DNA of 64,000 nucleotides, from assembly GCA_002269645.1 (NCBI GenBank), contig NIVC01001335.1, forward strand, positions 175,087-239,086. The letters are read 5' to 3'. Position numbers and translations under genes: made by a program. The notes beneath the pieces were generated by a model. The model saw only the letters and a program-made list of their open reading frames with translations, was not told the origin of the DNA and ran no database searches. Within the stretch, counting starts at the first letter, position 1; every line of letters starts with the position of its first letter. Shown piece after piece: positions 62,950 through 64,000 of the stretch. The stretch is from Macrostomum lignano (lineage: Eukaryota).

Positions 62950-63250
62950 AGGGGTTGTAGATTAGTGGTCTAGTGAGCGTGGGACTCACAACTGAAATTT
63001 AGGCACTCGGAACAGTTAGTGCTCCTTGAGCAAGACACTTAACTCTGCATTACTTCAGTTCACCTAGCTGTAAAATGGGTACCAGGTGCCAGCATTAGCT
63101 GGGGTAATTTAGGGGGTGTGGCGACCCCCAGTCCTTGGACTGAACAGCCGTACGCAGGTCTTCAGATGCACCGCGCAGTTTTAGCTGCGGCTGAGCTGTC
63201 GGTTGCACATCCGGCCCAATTGGGGCAGGTGTAATCAGTTATTTTTTTTG
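62950..63250 (+). mobile_element. tRNA-derived CORE-SINE-like remnant
   Basis: A-box-like TAGTGGTCTAGTG, then CCTTGAGCAAGACACTTAACTC...GCTGTAAAATGGG, resembling the recalled MIR/CORE consensus; T-rich tail. The B box is not evident. Confidence 0.5.
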
Positions 63251-64000
63251 CTTCTGAACTACTAGGACTACTAGACTAGAAGGACACAGCACTTGCAAAT
63301 CGTAGAAAAATAGTTGAAGGCCGATTATTTAAATGTCGGTATCTTTACTTTTTCATGCAATTCTCTACGAGTATCTCGATAATGTAAACGACGACGAAAA
63401 TCGCCTCAGTTTACCTCGGTATTGTGCCTTTAATCAGCCCTCAAATATTCATACAAGCCATTGCAGTCGTAAATTTTCAAATGTACACAATGCAATCAAG
63501 GACAGCGTTTCTTAGAAAACGTTTATGAGCTGCTTTTTGTGGAAAAATACACTGCGTTTTAATTATTTTATTAAGTTTTCATATTTCAGCACAAAATTTA
63601 TTGTTGTTTTCGATAGCAGGCAGTCCCAATGCTATCTTTTGATATGCTGCGCCTTTCTTATAGCTCTATTGATATTCATAAAGCTTTGCGTTCAGAAAAT
63701 TTGGATTCTGGTTACTTCTTTGTTCCACGCACAACTGCACATGGCCTGTGTCGAAAAACCATTAAAATGGCACGGCTCAGCTCATTGGTTTTATGAATCT
63801 ATTTTGTCATTGTTAGCTCGCTGTGTAACAACATGTGTAACAGAATTAAAAAAATAGATTCTTACAACTAATGAATCCAGCTGTGCCGTGCATTTTATGA
63901 AAGTGTACGTAGAATAAAAATTTACACAGAATCCTGATTTTCTGAACGAAAAGCTTTATGAATATCAATAGAGCTATAAGGAAAGGCACAACATATCAAA

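Overview
This is a 64-kb window of eukaryotic (animal) genomic DNA with spliceosomal GT-AG introns, GC-rich exons and very dense tandem repeats. That architecture suggests a free-living flatworm such as Macrostomum (inference only). Genes reconstructed by hand: an ELKS/CAST/ERC active-zone gene (minus, runs off the left edge), a B-box-like/coiled-coil gene, a small secreted WSC-domain protein, an intronless M13 neprilysin-like peptidase, an uncharacterised two-exon gene, a 9-exon syntaxin-1, a divergent Ser/Thr kinase, a 4-TM tetraspanin-like gene, an intronless secreted protein with a bacterial-type YbaY/YscW-like domain, a class C GPCR and an intronless clan-2 cytochrome P450. Mobile DNA: a young full-length CsRn1-type Ty3/Gypsy element with a clear -1 frameshift signal, two MITEs with 8-bp TSDs, an internally deleted Tc1/IS630-like element, a 5'-truncated RTE-like LINE inside a (GATT)n array, and a CORE-SINE-like remnant. 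Most interesting: (1) the YbaY-like gene as a horizontal-transfer candidate; (2) a hidden duplicated 109-nt syntaxin Hc-helix exon that must be mutually exclusive; (3) a 32-bp minisatellite that copies an ELKS splice donor 15 times; (4) nearly every long intron is filled by its own private minisatellite. Six single-base deletions in otherwise intact ORFs look like assembly errors rather than pseudogenisation. No database searches were run; homology calls come from recalled family motifs.
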